From Octopus bimaculoides (lineage: Eukaryota), in NCBI RefSeq assembly GCF_001194135.2, contig NC_068989.1, positions 4,223,892 to 4,287,891 on the forward strand: a stretch of DNA of 64,000 nucleotides, given 5' to 3'. Of this stretch, positions 37,182 to 52,151 are shown piece after piece (positions within the stretch are counted from its first letter, which is position 1; every line of letters starts with the position of its first letter). The notes under the pieces were generated by a model that was not told where the DNA came from, ran no database searches, and saw only the letters and a list, made by a program, of their open reading frames with translations. The translations under genes and the position numbers were made by a program.

Positions 37182-37807
37182 GCGTGTGATGATTATGCGA
37201 GAAGATAGGCTTCATATCAGCGTTAGGAAATTACTTAATATAGCAACATATTATGGCTTCCTTGACAATTTATATGAATTTAAAATGCATTATTATAACT
37301 GTATTACGTCTATTGTGTAACAAATTGTCTTTATTTCATTTCCTTTTGAAATATATTAGATTGTCGTCTGCTTCACTCAATTACACGTCATGCAGCCATC
37401 TATTTTCTATTAACAGTTCGTTACGTTTGAAGTACATTAGCATACATGCATCATACACACCTATAATTTCGCAGCTGTATATGATTCAAATCGCTGCACA
37501 TCTGATTAACTAACAGATTTTTCGTAAATCCTTAATCTTCGTGAATATATATAACTTCCTTAATGGAGCGTTCTTTGGGTGACTTTTATTTATTTTTTTT
37601 TTGCTTCTAAAATTGATATCGTTATTGCTGATAAAGTTTCTGTTCTTTTTTTATGTAACGATATATGACCAATAAAAGTCATTCTGTCAGGTTTCTAACG
37701 AGCCAATCACTAGTTGAGTGCATTTATGACGGCGACAGTGACAAAAGAGTTATTAACTAGATGTTAGTTGCATGAACAAATATCGCAAGAAAATTATTAC
37801 GAACAGA

Positions 37808-37880
<73 letters not shown>

Positions 37881-38303
37881 TGTTCGTGTATACACACACA
37901 TATATATACATATATATCTGTGTATAAATATATATATATGTTTGTGTGTGTGTGTATTGGGTCATCCCATAAATAATGCGGGTTTTTTATACTTCTTTTA
38001 TTTTTCAAAATTAAGATAAACAAATTTTATTTGGAAGGAGCGTGTGTAGAGTGTGATCGTCGCATTGACCATGACAGAAAAAGTTAAGCAGAAAATCTCC
38101 CTCGAATTTTCTAAAAAGCTTGGTGATACCTGTATGAGGTCATCATTTAAAGATGTATGAAACATGTATGAAATAGTATCCATCTGTGTCTAAACCGCGC
38201 AAATGTGAGAAATAATGAATGGTATTATTGTGATTAATGTTGTCATTTATTAATTTTCCAAAGTTTTCATTATTTAATTTAAAATTTTTATTTTCTTTTT
38301 CAG

Positions 38304-38618
38304 TGTGTAATATGTCTGGGCGCAAAAGCAACGATGCAAACTTTCCCCTGCGGACATCGAGTTGTATGCCGGAAGTGCTTCATAAAAACCATCCAGGTGG
38401 CTGTGTCGCAACGATGCTTGCCCCTAAGGTGTGTCATTTGTCGAACGCGCATACTGAAATTGAGACAGAACCCCAAACCCCATTCAGACAAGCGAGAAGC
38501 GAGTGGTGGGAGCAAACATGAGAAAAGTGATGGCAAGTCAACATCACATAAAGACAGGAAGAGCGGGAAATCTGCGCTGGAAAAGTCAGTTAAATCTGAA
38601 GGAAAATCGAAGTATTGA
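38304..38618 (+). CDS. Terminal exon: C3HC4 RING finger protein (putative E3 ubiquitin ligase) with Lys/Ser-rich C-terminal tail
   Basis: Acceptor TTTTATTTTCTTTTTCAG at 38301-38303, in frame with the ORF at 38334. Translation CVICLGAKATMQTFPCGHRVVCRKCFIKTIQVAVSQRCLPLRCVICRTRILKL... gives C-x2-C-x11-C-x-H-x3-C-x2-C-x17-C-x2-C. Stop TGA at 38616-38618. Confidence 0.92.
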   Translation, partial: CVICLGAKATMQTFPCGHRVVCRKCFIKTIQVAVSQRCLPLRCVICRTRILKLRQNPKPHSDKREASGGSKHEKSDGKSTSHKDRKSGKSALEKSVKSEGKSKY

Positions 38619-38850
38619 GATATATAATGATAGAAGGAAAGAAAGAAAGAAAGAAAGCAAGAACGAGTGAAAGAAAGAAAAGAACTTAAGCAAGGACGAA
38701 AGAAACAAAGAAAGAAATATAAGCAAAGCTGCAAATTATTCCAAATGAAATACGAAATATAACACTATAATGAAGAATGAAATACGACAGACAAAATAAG
38801 GAACGGATTAAGGAAGGAATCAAAGAAAACCAAAGTCAAATGACTGAAAC

Positions 38851-38881
38851 AATAAAGAAATCAAATAAAAGGTTTAATAAA
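38851..38881 (+). promoter_or_regulatory. Candidate polyadenylation signals of the RING gene
   Basis: AATAAA at 38851, 38864 and 38876, about 230-260 nt after the stop. The AT-rich context makes chance occurrence likely. Confidence 0.3.
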
Positions 38882-39604
38882 TAAATTAATTAATAAATAA
38901 TGAATTTAAAACAACAGAAGTTGAATTATGAAAGATATATAATGTAGATAAAACATTTTGAAAGGAAAATGGTGGAAAATTCAGAGGGAAAGTTACTGAT
39001 AAATGACAAGTTTTTCCTTTCAAAATTTGAATGAAATTTCACCTAGCATTTTCCAGTGGGAACATACGATTATTATTATTAATGTACTACATTTATCAAT
39101 GACTTTTATTTAGTATTCTTCTTCTTCTTATTATTATTATTATTATTATTATGGATAAGATGTCTTCAAGTTAATCCTGAAGTACAATGCAAAAAAAAAA
39201 AAGGATATAAAGACAGAAAGATGTACAAAAACTATCTCTTCCCACATAGATGTAGGATTTTGTTGACAGCTGTCCGCATTTGAGAGCGCATTAGGGTTTA
39301 TAGCAGGTCCGTGCCTATTTTTGGTTGTGTGTATTTTGAGTACGTATTTGTGTGAGTGAATTCATGATGAAGTTTATTCCGTGCAAGTAGAAACAAGTTG
39401 TATATATGAGTGATATGTAAATATGAGACTTACATAGCAGTACCTTGCTCATTCGTCACAAATCATGTGTGCGTATGCGTACCTTGGTGCGGAAGGGAGA
39501 AGAGGTGTTCTCATGCAAAGAGAAAGCGTGTTTGTGTAAAATGTGTTGTATATACCTGTATATATGTATAGAGAGGTGAGTAATTAATCCATTTTCATAA
39601 ACAT

Positions 39605-39639
<35 letters not shown>

Positions 39640-39953
39640 ATGTATGCATGCATGTATGTATGTATGTATGCATGCATGTATATATGTATGTATGTATGTA
39701 TGTATATATGTATGTAAGTAGAGAATACAATTTGTTTAGTTCTAACTGAATAGGTGCGCTGGTTAAGTGGTCATCCATTAGGTTCAAAGTTCACAGCTGA
39801 GGCTGTGTGTGTGTGCATGTATGTACGTATGTATGTATATATATACGTGTATAGAAATATGTAAACACACACATATATATACATATATATATATTTATAT
39901 ATATATATATATATATACACACAAAAAAAAATAGTTACACGTANNNNNNNNNN

Positions 39954-40002
<49 letters not shown>

Positions 40003-40361
40003 AAAAAAAATAGTTACACGTAGACTTAATAGCCAGCGGGATATTCACCAATCGTTCCTAAAAAGAATTATTCTCGTATAGGTTTTAAATGTGATAACAA
40101 GAATTAGTTTCTTCTCTACTCTTCTTAATCCTATTATTACAGATAAACATGTAAATTTATCAGGATATATAAAGACAATTCACTGGTATATAACTTTAGA
40201 ACATGTGTACAACAGTTCCATATAACAAGATTCTTTCGTTGCAAAAAGATATCTCTATGTACGCATGTATACATACATACAAACATATAACATATATATC
40301 TATGTATCTAGCTATCTATTTATCTATCTATCTATATATATATATTGTTACACCTATGAAA

Positions 40362-40397
<36 letters not shown>

Positions 40398-43285
40398 NNN
40401 NNNNNNNNNNNNNNNNNNNNNNNNNNNNNNNNNNNNNNNNNNNNNNNNNNNNNNNNNNNNNNNNNNNNNNNNNNNNNNNNNNNNNNNNNNNNNNNNNNNN
40501 NNNNNNNNNNNNNNNNNNNNNNNNNNNNNNNNNNNNNNNNNNNNNNNNNNNNNNNNNNNNNNNNNNNNNNNNNNNNNNNNNNNNNNNNNNNNNNNNNNNN
40601 NNNNNNNNNNNNNNNNNNNNNNNNNNNNNNNNNNNNNNNNNNNNNNNNNNNNNNNNNNNNNNNNNNNNNNNNNNNNNNNNNNNNNNNNNNNNNNNNNNNN
40701 NNNNNNNNNNNNNNNNNNNNNNNNNNNNNNNNNNNNNNNNNNNNNNNNNNNNNNNNNNNNNNNNNNNNNNNNNNNNNNNNNNNNNNNNNNNNNNNNNNNN
40801 NNNNNNNNNNNNNNNNNNNNNNNNNNNNNNNNNNNNNNNNNNNNNNNNNNNNNNNNNNNNNNNNNNNNNNNNNNNNNNNNNNNNNNNNNNNNNNNNNNNN
40901 NNNNNNNNNNNNNNNNNNNNNNNNNNNNNNNNNNNNNNNNNNNNNNNNNNNNNNNNNNNNNNNNNNNNNNNNNNNNNNNNNNNNNNNNNNNNNNNNNNNN
41001 NNNNNNNNNNNNNNNNNNNNNNNNNNNNNNNNNNNNNNNNNNNNNNNNNNNNNNNNNNNNNNNNNNNNNNNNNNNNNNNNNNNNNNNNNNNNNNNNNNNN
41101 NNNNNNNNNNNNNNNNNNNNNNNNNNNNNNNNNNNNNNNNNNNNNNNNNNNNNNNNNNNNNNNNNNNNNNNNNNNNNNNNNNNNNNNNNNNNNNNNNNNN
41201 NNNNNNNNNNNNNNNNNNNNNNNNNNNNNNNNNNNNNNNNNNNNNNNNNNNNNNNNNNNNNNNNNNNNNNNNNNNNNNNNNNNNNNNNNNNNNNNNNNNN
41301 NNNNNNNNNNNNNNNNNNNNATATGTATGTATGTATGTATGTATATGTATATGTATGTGTATATGTATATATATTATATTATATTATATTTGTCACTATG
41401 TGTTAAAATTTCTGAGAGTGTAAATACCTTAAAATGGCGACTGTGTATAAAAAAATATAAACTTTTATGTGTGAATAAATTGTGCTTAACTGAATATATA
41501 TGTATGTCTGAATGTTTGTTTGTGTGTATGCGTGTGTGTGTTTGTGTGTGTGTGAACATGTCTGAATGTGGGTGTTTGTGTGTGTTTGTGCGTGTGTATA
41601 TAATACATACATGATATATATAATATATGAACATATATATATATAGATGTTCGCGTGTACGGATGTATATACAAATTGTGTCCTTATGTACGTGTGTATG
41701 CATGTATAAATGTATACTGTGTCATTTTACATAGCGTATACTCTACAGTGATAATAAATAAGTTAATTAAAGCAAGCTATTCAAATCATATTATTCCACC
41801 CACTACGAATCATCAATAGGTGTGTAGATTCTTGGAGTTGACGTTTTAATAAGGAACGGAATAAAATCAGATATCGGAAAACTTATTAATAGATTTAACG
41901 TGGAATGAATGACAGAAATAATAAATATCGGAATATGAGATCTCACTAACAATTGAATGTGTGAATGTCTGAACATCTGAATAAATGTACTCAATGGAAG
42001 CACACATGTACACTCACAAATACACACATACACACAAACATAATATATGTATGTATGTATGTATGTATATGCGTGAGTGTATGTAAGGCGATGGGTGTTC
42101 TTCTACCTGTATAGAATAATTGTATTATATGATATATATTTGCGTGTATGGGTTGGGAAATGAATGTAATAAAACGACTATATTAAAAATCGAAGAATGG
42201 TTGCAAAAACAACGTAGCAAAATTGAATCTTACTTGATCTAAACTTTAATCACCAAAGATATCTATTGTAATATATGTGTATGTATACATATANNNNNNN
42301 NNNNNNNNNNNNNNNNNNNNNNNNNNNNNNNNNNNNNNNNNNNNNNNNNNNNNNNNNNNNNNNNNNNNNNNNNNNNNNNNNNNNNNNNNNNNNNNNNNNN
42401 NNNNNNNNNNNNNNNNNNNNNNNNNNNNNNNNNNNNNNNNNNNNNNNNNNNNNNNNNNNNNNNNNNNNNNNNNNNNNNNNNNNNNNNNNNNNNNNNNNNN
42501 NNNNNNNNNNNNNNNNNNNNNNNNNNNNNNNNNNNNNNNNNNNNNNNNNNNNNNNNNNNATATATATATATATATATATATATACATGTGTATCACGTAA
42601 ATCTACAAATTACATTTCGATGGCACTTTTTCTTAAACTTTGCTTCATTCTTATCTAACCAAAATATTAACCATGTAACATATATACGTGTGTGTGTGTG
42701 TATGTATGTGTGTGTGTGTATGCATGTGAGTGTATGTATGTATCTATACATGTATATATATATATACTTTACCTATGTAACTGATGAAAGATTGGGAATG
42801 TCATTATTTAAATATTCAAATATTTAGTATTTTGGAAAGTAAAATTAAGAATATTATTACCAATTTTTAATTCAAATTCATAAGATCCACAACGATTTTA
42901 ATCACTCTATACGGTTTATGATAGTTTCAATGACGCCCTAAAATTGAAATAAAAAATATGTATGTATACATATATACATATGTTTATATACATCACATTT
43001 ACATCCACATAAGTATAGAAATACGTATTCTAGCATATTCGAGAAGGTAGTTGAAGGTGATAGAGTTTATACTGTATATAACTGATGACGTCACATTTTT
43101 AGTATACAAATTTTCACATAAATTCTCACGTATTTAACTTCAGAATACTCTTCTAATATACTGGAATCGAATTGCTCTTATACACAATTTAGGTCGTGCA
43201 AGTAGCCTACAGACAAATTCTTCTACCTCAAAATAATTTCATGCAATTAAAGGCTCACATGTATGTATATATTCATACATACATA

Positions 43286-43333
<48 letters not shown>

Positions 43334-43872
43334 TATATGTATATATATGTATACATGTTGGTGTGTGTATGTGTGCGTGTGCGTGTACGCGCGTATGTAT
43401 GTGCACATGTATGTATACATGCATATATATATATATATATATCTGTGTGTGTATACATAATATATTAACGCTACTGAGTTCTCTAATTATTATATCTAGT
43501 GTAGTACATGCATCTGGTGACAAAAGCCACATTATTGCCTTGCTATTAAATTATGATTTATATTCCATGTATTTCATTCATATCCAATGAAATATTTAGT
43601 TAACTCCAGATACACATTTGGAATATCACCGGGCGTCGTAGCCAGTACTTGTTTTTCCAAATTGAAGCGTTAAAAAACTTACCTAGAAACCTAGAAAGTT
43701 TATTGTTCTTGCAAAAATCGTGCAAGGGTGTCTTAGAACTGCTCATTAAAAAGCAGTTTCTCTCTGGCAAAGAGTAATTAATAAGTAGTTAATTGAAAAT
43801 AATGCAGACGTATGCAGTCCAAGCAATCGGAGATATGAATTCTACGTTGAAGCCAGGTTTCTTTGCATAACA

Positions 43873-44276
43873 TTTATCGTATACTTGTTCCCGTTATTGG
43901 ATTACGTCATGCCGTTATAAACCCTTGGATGGTTTAGTCGAACAAATTGACACCACTAATTATGTTTTTTTTTAATTGCTAGTAATTTAATCTATGTGTT
44001 TTGCTAAAGCACTAAGTTATGGGCTGTAAACAAACTAATATCGTTTGTCCCACAGAAGTGGGGAACAACACAAATACAAAGTCACATACACATACATAAG
44101 TATGTATGTGCATGTATATATATATAGGACGGGCTTCCTCACAGTTTCCGTCGACCAAGGCATTGGGCAGCCCCCGGGCTGTAGTAAATTTCAATTGCCT
44201 AGCGTGCCGCGCAATGGGATTGAACCCGAAACTACATGGTTGCAAAGCAATCTTCACCACTGAGTTTGCTTGCGCT
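43873..44276 (-). mobile_element. Near full-length family B SINE
   Basis: TTTAGTCGAACAAATTGAC, internal (AT/CA) tract, GACGGGCTTCCTCACAGTTTCCGTCGACCAAGG, GCAATGGGATTGAACCCGAAACTACATGGTTG. Confidence 0.8.
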
Positions 44277-45219
44277 TACACTTGACAACTTGCTCTAGAA
44301 AACACTTGAATGTGGAATGCAATTTTATCATTCTCAAAATTATCAAGTAAGTCTCAAAATTATCAAGTTAATAGCATAAAAGTAATAACTGTGGCAGACG
44401 TAAGAGAAAATCAGCCAGAAGCCTAGTGACAGAAGATTACTACTTACGAGCGATAGTCAGTTGAATATATTTTAATTATAATGTTAATTAATACACCTGA
44501 GAAAAACATAGGTCAAATGTTACGTCTTTCTCTTTCTTGTGAATTCGGAAACTGCATACAAAGCTAAATTCATTGATAAAGAAGACTAGAGTTTTAAATC
44601 CTAATTAGCACATGATGCGTGCCCCTGGTAGCTAACTATTATAGGGGAGGCAATCACATATAGATAAAGTTAAGGTCAGGCAGATTTGAAAATGTGGAAT
44701 TTATATCAAAGAGTAAAGATGGTGTATAGAGCATGCACAGTTTTCTATTGTACACATTAAAAAATTCTTAAAGTTTCTAGTCATTGCTAGCCAAGTGTAG
44801 CGCTATTTCATCCTTCTTTGAAATCATTAGCATGAAATGACTTGAAACAAATAAAATAAGCTAAATTCGACATTTTACGAAGTTAGACATTTTTATAGAG
44901 AGAACATAGATTATAGTTTAAAAGGTAGAAATTAATTTCAAGGCACAGTACAAAAACAAATTTTTTTTAAGATTGCATCGAGGTATGACTACAGTTTTAA
45001 CATGGTCTTCATATGAATTATATTTAAAAACGGGGATAAAATAAAAATTTCAAATTACAAAGCAACTAATAAGTGACAACACATGAAATTTAATAAACAT
45101 TGCTTGCGTCTTTTGTTTCCTTGTAGCAAAAATAACATGTAACTATTTAGGGGCTGAGGAACTAAATAATACCTTCAAATTAATGTCATCAGTTGCGTAA
45201 TTATCGAAATTCAGTATAC

Positions 45220-45263
<44 letters not shown>

Positions 45264-45510
45264 GCAAATATTTATATATATATGTGTGTGTATACATATA
45301 TATGTATATATATACATACTCATATATATATATAGTATATATATATGTATGTATATATGTATATAAATATATGTATTTATGTATTTATTTATGCATGAAT
45401 GAATTTATGCATGCATGTATGTATGCATGTATGTATATATGTATGTATATATTTATACATAGATATTTCAATACATTTTAAAGATACAAATAGACGAATA
45501 TATATCTATG

Positions 45511-46020
45511 TCAGGATATACACGAAAAGTCTGTGAGTGACCAACATAAAATTTTGACTAATATATTTGGACTACTTCTTAAAACAAACATTAATATTTA
45601 TTAAATCAATCATACCAAATGTAAAAAATGCCTTTTTAAGAAATGGGTCACTTTATAATTTTATTCTAATAATCAGCGACTTCTCAATTCGTGCATTTGG
45701 TTAGCTTCAGGGACAATAGTTTAAGAGCTCTGTAAATTGTAGCTATGGGGGTGTCAAGAAGACATACAGTTTTAGAACAAACCAATTTGGCAGAATCCAT
45801 CACCGCTTTCCATACCCTACTCATGAAATGAGTTGGTGCCAGTATTTCAATATAACTCGTGGCATTAATGGAAGTTTTACAATAGTACTGACGTATTTCA
45901 TCATCAGAATAAGTAAGGGGAAGAAGTCTAGAAATAGGTGATTGATTTGTCAGTTGTGAAAAGATTTGCCCCGGACACAGGGAAGCCTGGACTTGTGATG
46001 GAAAACGAACGATAGCCATT
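45511..46020 (-). mobile_element. Possible degraded Tc1/mariner transposase 3' remnant
   Basis: Weak motif resemblance only: SPISRLLPLTY versus SPD.NPLDY, INATSY, and GCTGATTATTAGAATAA versus G.Y.E-stop. Confidence 0.25.
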
Positions 46021-46550
46021 TTGTGTGCTTGTACAGTACCCTATCGATTCTGCCAGACACAACTCTCTCTGTTCAAACCTTATATGTGATTATCTACTCG
46101 CGTGTGCATGTGTGTATGTGTGTGTGTGCGCTTTGCGTGTGTGTGTGCGTGGGTGTATGTGTGCATGTGTGTGTGTGCGTGTGTTTTTGTGTGCGTGTGT
46201 GTATGTGAGTGCGTGTGTGTGTGTGTGTGCGTGTTTTTAAATCAATGTATTTTTTCTCAAATATAAAAAAAATAATTTTTAACAAATAAATACACACAAA
46301 TACACACACACACACACATATATATATAATATATATGTATGTATATATGTGTATATTCATGTATGTATATATATATATATATATATATTTGTATGTATAT
46401 CTATATGCGTGTATGTATGCATGTGTGTATGTATGTATGTATATATGGTGTGCGTTCATACTGTGTAGACGGTTGAAGGACACTTTTTCTGAAACGTATA
46501 AGATACTACAAATTTATCTTCGGTATATATGTGTGGATGTGTGTGTGTAT

Positions 46551-46584
<34 letters not shown>

Positions 46585-47477
46585 NNNNNNNNNNNNNNNN
46601 NNNNNNNNNNNNNNNNNNNNNNNNNNNNNNNNNNNNNNNNNNNNNNNNNNNNNNNNNNNNNNNNNNNNNNNNNNNNNNNNNNNNNNNNNNNNNNNNNNNN
46701 NNNNNNNNNNNNNNNNNNNNNNNNNNNNNNNNNNNNNNNNNNNNNNNNNNNNNNNNNNNNNNNNNNNNNNNNNNNNNNNNNNNNNNNNNNNNNNNNNNNN
46801 NNNNNNNNNNNNNNNNNNNNNNNNNNNNNNNNNNNNNNNNNNNNNNNNNNNNNNNNNNNNNNNNNNNNNNNNNNNNNNNNNNNNNNNNNNNNNNNNNNNN
46901 NNNNNNNNNNNNNNNNNNNNNNNNNNNNNNNNNNNNNNNNNNNNNNNNNNNNNNNNNNNNNNNNNNNNNNNNNNNNNNNNNNNNNNNNNNNNNNNNNNNN
47001 NNNNNNNNNNNNNNNNNNNNNNNNNNNNNNNNNNNNNNNNNNNNNNNNNNNNNNNNNNNNNNNNNNNNNNNNNNNNNNNNNNNNNNNNNNNNNNNNNNNN
47101 NNNNNNNNNNNNNNNNNNNNNNNNNNNNNNNNNNNNNNNNNNNNNNNNNNNNNNNNNNNNNNNNNNNNNNNNNNNNNNNNNNNNNNNNNNNNNNNNNNNN
47201 NNNNNNNNNNNNNNNNNNNNNNNNNNNNNNNNNNNNNNNNNNNNNNNNNNNNNNNNNNNNNNNNNNNNNNNNNNNNNNNNNNNNNNNNNNNNNNNNNNNN
47301 NNNNNNNNNNNNNNNNNNNNNNNNNNNNNNNNNNNNNNNNNNNNNNNNNNNNNNNNNNNNNNNNNNNNNNNNNNNNNNNNNNNNNNNNNNNNNNNNNNNN
47401 NNNNNNNNNNNNNNNNNNNNNNNNNNNNNNNNNNNNNNNNNNNNNNNNNNNNNNNNNNNNNNNNNNNNNNNNATATA

Positions 47478-47509
<32 letters not shown>

Positions 47510-50019
47510 GGGTGAGAGAGTCAGAGAGACAGAATAGACAGACAGACTGAGACAGAGAGATATGTATTTTAATGCATAAGTGTCCTGGGGTCGCTTGCTA
47601 ATTTTGCAATGCAGGTATGAACGGAAATGTGAAATATTTAAAGTATAAAGAAATATGAAAACAAAAATATTGAACAAATGGTGATAAACAAACGTAGAAT
47701 CAAGACATTTTCTGAAAAAAAAGGGAAAAAAAACGAAAACCCAGAAAAAATAATCACAAATATCTTATATAGTTCTTAGATTGAAGAGTGGTATAAATCT
47801 CCGTCGTTCTTACTGCATGTATGTAGTGAATCTGTAGAAAGATTCCTGAAAATCGTAGTTCTTGAAGTAGGATGGAATTCTGTTTAGCGAATAAACATTA
47901 GTCCAGCATAGACAGTACATCTTTGAACATTTTCTTGCATGAAATAATTCTATAGGTGTTTTCTATATTAACAAAACAAAAAAAAAATGATAAAGAAAAA
48001 TATTGTCAGGAGTTCTTCCGTTTTTCCTTTGTTTTTTTTTTTGTTTTTTTTTCGTTTTCATATCCTGTTTTAGTTTTTCATCTCCAGTTCCTATGGTTGA
48101 TACTCTCATACAGGTTGACAGATATAATCTGTTTCCCGTTTTAAAACCATCATTTGGCCCACTAGGCTACTTTTAAGTGCATACATTCCGTTTCAAGTAT
48201 TCGGATCAGGTCCTGGGTCTTCTTCTTTAGTCTCAAAGGTCCTGGAAAATGTCATAGGTGTTGCCCTTCCTCCTGTGACTAACACGTTAGAAAGCCAAAA
48301 GAATTCCAGCCCTCCGAAAGTGAGAGTTTAAACTGAGAGGACATATTTGATTAAACGTGTTGAAACGTTAAAACAATTTTTGAAGTATAAGAGATCGGGG
48401 CAACTTGATGGATTGACTGATTACGTGTGGAGAAATGAAAGAATTGACATTGCAAAAATTGATGCAGCTGTGAATGGATTTGTAGATGAGTGAATATTGA
48501 TTTCTCGGTGTGGATTGATAGATTGCGAGAGGAATAAAGTGGAACATGACTCGACAGATAAACGGATTGATTAATGGGTGCATTGAAGGATGTATGGATA
48601 TAACCATCTGTGAATGAATAGATGGATGGAGTAATAATTTCTTAGTAGAACGAATGTAACAAAGAGGGACGAATGTATTGATTAGCATGAAAGGACTGAT
48701 GTATCAATGGATGGAAAAAGTGTTGTATGAATATGTCATATTTTGTTTTAAAATCAAAAGAGAAATGAACACTACAAATTTACGAAAGACGTTAAACGGG
48801 AAATCTGAAGAAATACAACAGGAAGTTTATGTGATTACTAAAAGTTGATGCAACGAGTATTGTTGAAAAAAAACCCCAGCTGCTGGAGAATCAAAGCCGC
48901 AAATCTGGGTTCCATTCCTTACTGAATCTCCTTTATTTCACGCTACACTGCTAATGCCCTGGAAATATGGCCGGATGTCATGACTTTCAGATTTTCCTTC
49001 TCTTCAAATATTTAGTATTTGTGAAAAGTCAAAATTGATTTTAAAATGTACATTAAAAATGATGGGGCAAGCGGGGTTGAGAAAGAGATATAATACAGAA
49101 GACTAGAATGTCCAGTCTGGGTTTAGATTCTTGTTTGACGCCTATTAATTTCACTTTAAAAAGCTGAAGGTCCGTGGATGAAGAACGCGATCGTCACACA
49201 ACGTCAATAAATGCCTCTTCTATAAAGTTTGAGTGTAATGCCTATACAAATAGCGAACGGTACAAAGTGATTCCAAATCGATGAATTGGCATCATCTTCT
49301 GAGGCTTACGATTACAAATGTTGATGTTTCTCGAATTTGAATTCCAACTTGGTTGAAAGCAAAACGACTTTCATCCCTAAGAGATTCTTTTATAAAATCA
49401 AACGAAAAGGATAAACACCGGTAAAAAAAAAAAACTGTGATTGTTTCAGCAAAGTATACGACTCCCTACACAGAGCTGGCCTAATAAAGGGAAGATATCT
49501 GCACTCAAATTTGAAGCAGCGATATGTATACATACATACACATATATATGTATGTATATATACATATATANNNNNNNNNNNNNNNNNNNNNNNNNNNNNN
49601 NNNNNNNNNNNNNNNNNNNNNNNNNNNNNNNNNNTATATATATATATATATTTACATACATGTAAAAGTTAAAATGTTATGTTAGACGAATGAGAAAAAC
49701 CATCCAAAATTTCAAAGCATCAGACCAGTAAAATTACTGGTGTTGTTTCGGTTAAAATTACACCACCTTTTAAAAACTGGACAGGTCGCATATTCAAAAT
49801 GAAAATCAATATGTTTAGAAATGCAAATAATGTATAAAAACAAAGAAGAAAACCGAAAAAGACCGTTAAGGATAAAACACAATATTCCTGAAAAATAATA
49901 CCGAAATTGTATCAAAGCTCAGAAAAGAAAGATATCAGATTTCTAACTGTAAATGGCGAAGTTTTGTTTCTTTTCCATAATTATTTGTATTATACTTTTG
50001 TTTTCTTTTTGTTCATATC

Positions 50020-50121
<102 letters not shown>

Positions 50122-52067
50122 GTTTTATGACTCCGACAACATAGTAAAGTGTAGATTACTCTAAAAAGAAAGACACACACAAACACGTCCCATTCACCTT
50201 ATATAAGTTTCTCCAGTCTACGAATTAAAAAAAAAATGGAGGACTATATACACTTTATCATATTCCAACATCGGACCTCAAAAAAACATTTTCAATGCTT
50301 CCATTATGAAAAACGAAATAAAGTAACGACTAAAATAAAAATAATAAATGGACTCAGAATACTTACATTTGTTTCTTTATTACAGGAATACACACATTAC
50401 ATGCATACATGTCGTACAACATGATGTATATACATATATACACATGCAAACACACTAATCTTAATCTGAATATTATATTTATGAATATATATATATATAT
50501 ATATATANNNNNNNNNNNNNNNNNNNNNNNNNNNNNNNNNNNNNNNNNNNNNNNNNNNNNNNNNNNNNNNNNNNNNNNNNNNNNNNNNNNNNNNNNNNNN
50601 NNNNNNNNNNNNNNNNNNNNNNNNNNNNNNNNNNNNNNNNNNNNNNNNNNNNNNNNNNNNNNNNNNNNNNNNNNNNNNNNNNNNNNNNNNNNNNNNNNNN
50701 NNNNNNNNNNNNNNNNNNNNNNNNNNNNNNNNNNNNNNNNNNNNNNNNNNNNNNNNNNNNNNNNNNNNNNNNNNNNNNNNNNNNNNNNNNNNNNNNNNNN
50801 NNNNNNNNNNNNNNNNNNNNNNNNNNNNNNNNNNNNNNNNNNNNNNNNNNNNNNNNNNNNNNNNNNNNNNNNNNNNNNNNNNNNNNNNNNNNNNNNNNNN
50901 NNNNNNNNNNNNNNNNNNNNNNNNNNNNNNNNNNNNNNNNNNNNNNNNNNNNNNNNNNNNNNNNNNNNNNNNNNNNNNNNNNNNNNNNNNNNNNNNNNNN
51001 NNNNNNNNNNNNNNNNNNNNNNNNNNNNNNNNNNNNNNNNNNNNNNNNNNNNNNNNNNNNNNNNNNNNNNNNNNNNNNNNNNNNNNNNNNNNNNNNNNNN
51101 NNNNNNNNNNNNNNNNNNNNNNNNNNNNNNNNNNNNNNNNNNNNNNNNNNNNNNNNNNNNNNNNNNNNNNNNNNNNNNNNNNNNNNNNNNNNNNNNNNNN
51201 NNNNNNNNNNNNNNNNNNNNNNNNNNNNNNNNNNNNNNNNNNNNTATATATGCATATACATATGTGTACACACTTGATCTCTCTGGATATATATAGATGC
51301 ATGTATGTATGTACATATATCATGTTTGATTAAGAATATAGTAAGTTTGCATCGCTTATTAAAAATTTGTAGTGTAATCTATAATATAGAGGTGAAATAA
51401 TGCAAACCACGAATCCTTAGTCGCTTTTACTAATATTTTCTTGCCATGAAGCCATTTAAAAAGGCGACATTAATTCAGATGTATTTTGAAAAAATATAAT
51501 TTGAATATATGTTGAAAATCAATAAACTACTTCCACTTACTGTACAGTACAGAAATCTTCGAGTAGTGAAGAGTTATTTGCGTTAACAATGCAAAACACA
51601 TGATATATTTGTGAAATGCAAACACTCCGAGAACCATCTAATATGTAACAATATCATTTTTTTGAAATGGCACAAAAATATATATTTCTTGACAAAACTT
51701 CCACGTTTAAAAGTAAGAGGCTTTTCATATTACTTGTCTCAAATTTTCATTTTCTGCTTTGAATTATTTCATTTTATTTGTCTCCCGTTTCAAATATTTT
51801 ACTTTCAAATATTTTACACTCTCAATTTGCTTGTATATATGTCCCTAACGATTTAATATTTTAGTTCAGTAAATGAATTTTCCGTTTATGCATTATATCA
51901 TAATACTCTAAAGGGAAATAATTAGCTCTGCCACCATGAACTCCTATGTATAAACGAGAGTAAAAATGATACCTTATAAAATATCACTGAAGAATTCTGG
52001 TTTGGTGCAAAGGTTTCCATGGCAATAACAAATAAGGTGAATAAAAGGTCTGTACTTACAATTGATA

Positions 52068-52151
<84 letters not shown>

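Noticed and set aside
21950-43052. Exact 17-mer TATTCGAGAAGGTAGTT shared by 21950-21966 and 43036-43052
   Set aside because: A match of this length is roughly expected by chance among all position pairs in an AT-rich 50 kb, and the flanks do not align.
49724-49741. Hairpin ACCAGTAA-AA-TTACTGGT
   Set aside because: An AT-rich 8-bp stem is expected by chance and has no associated element.
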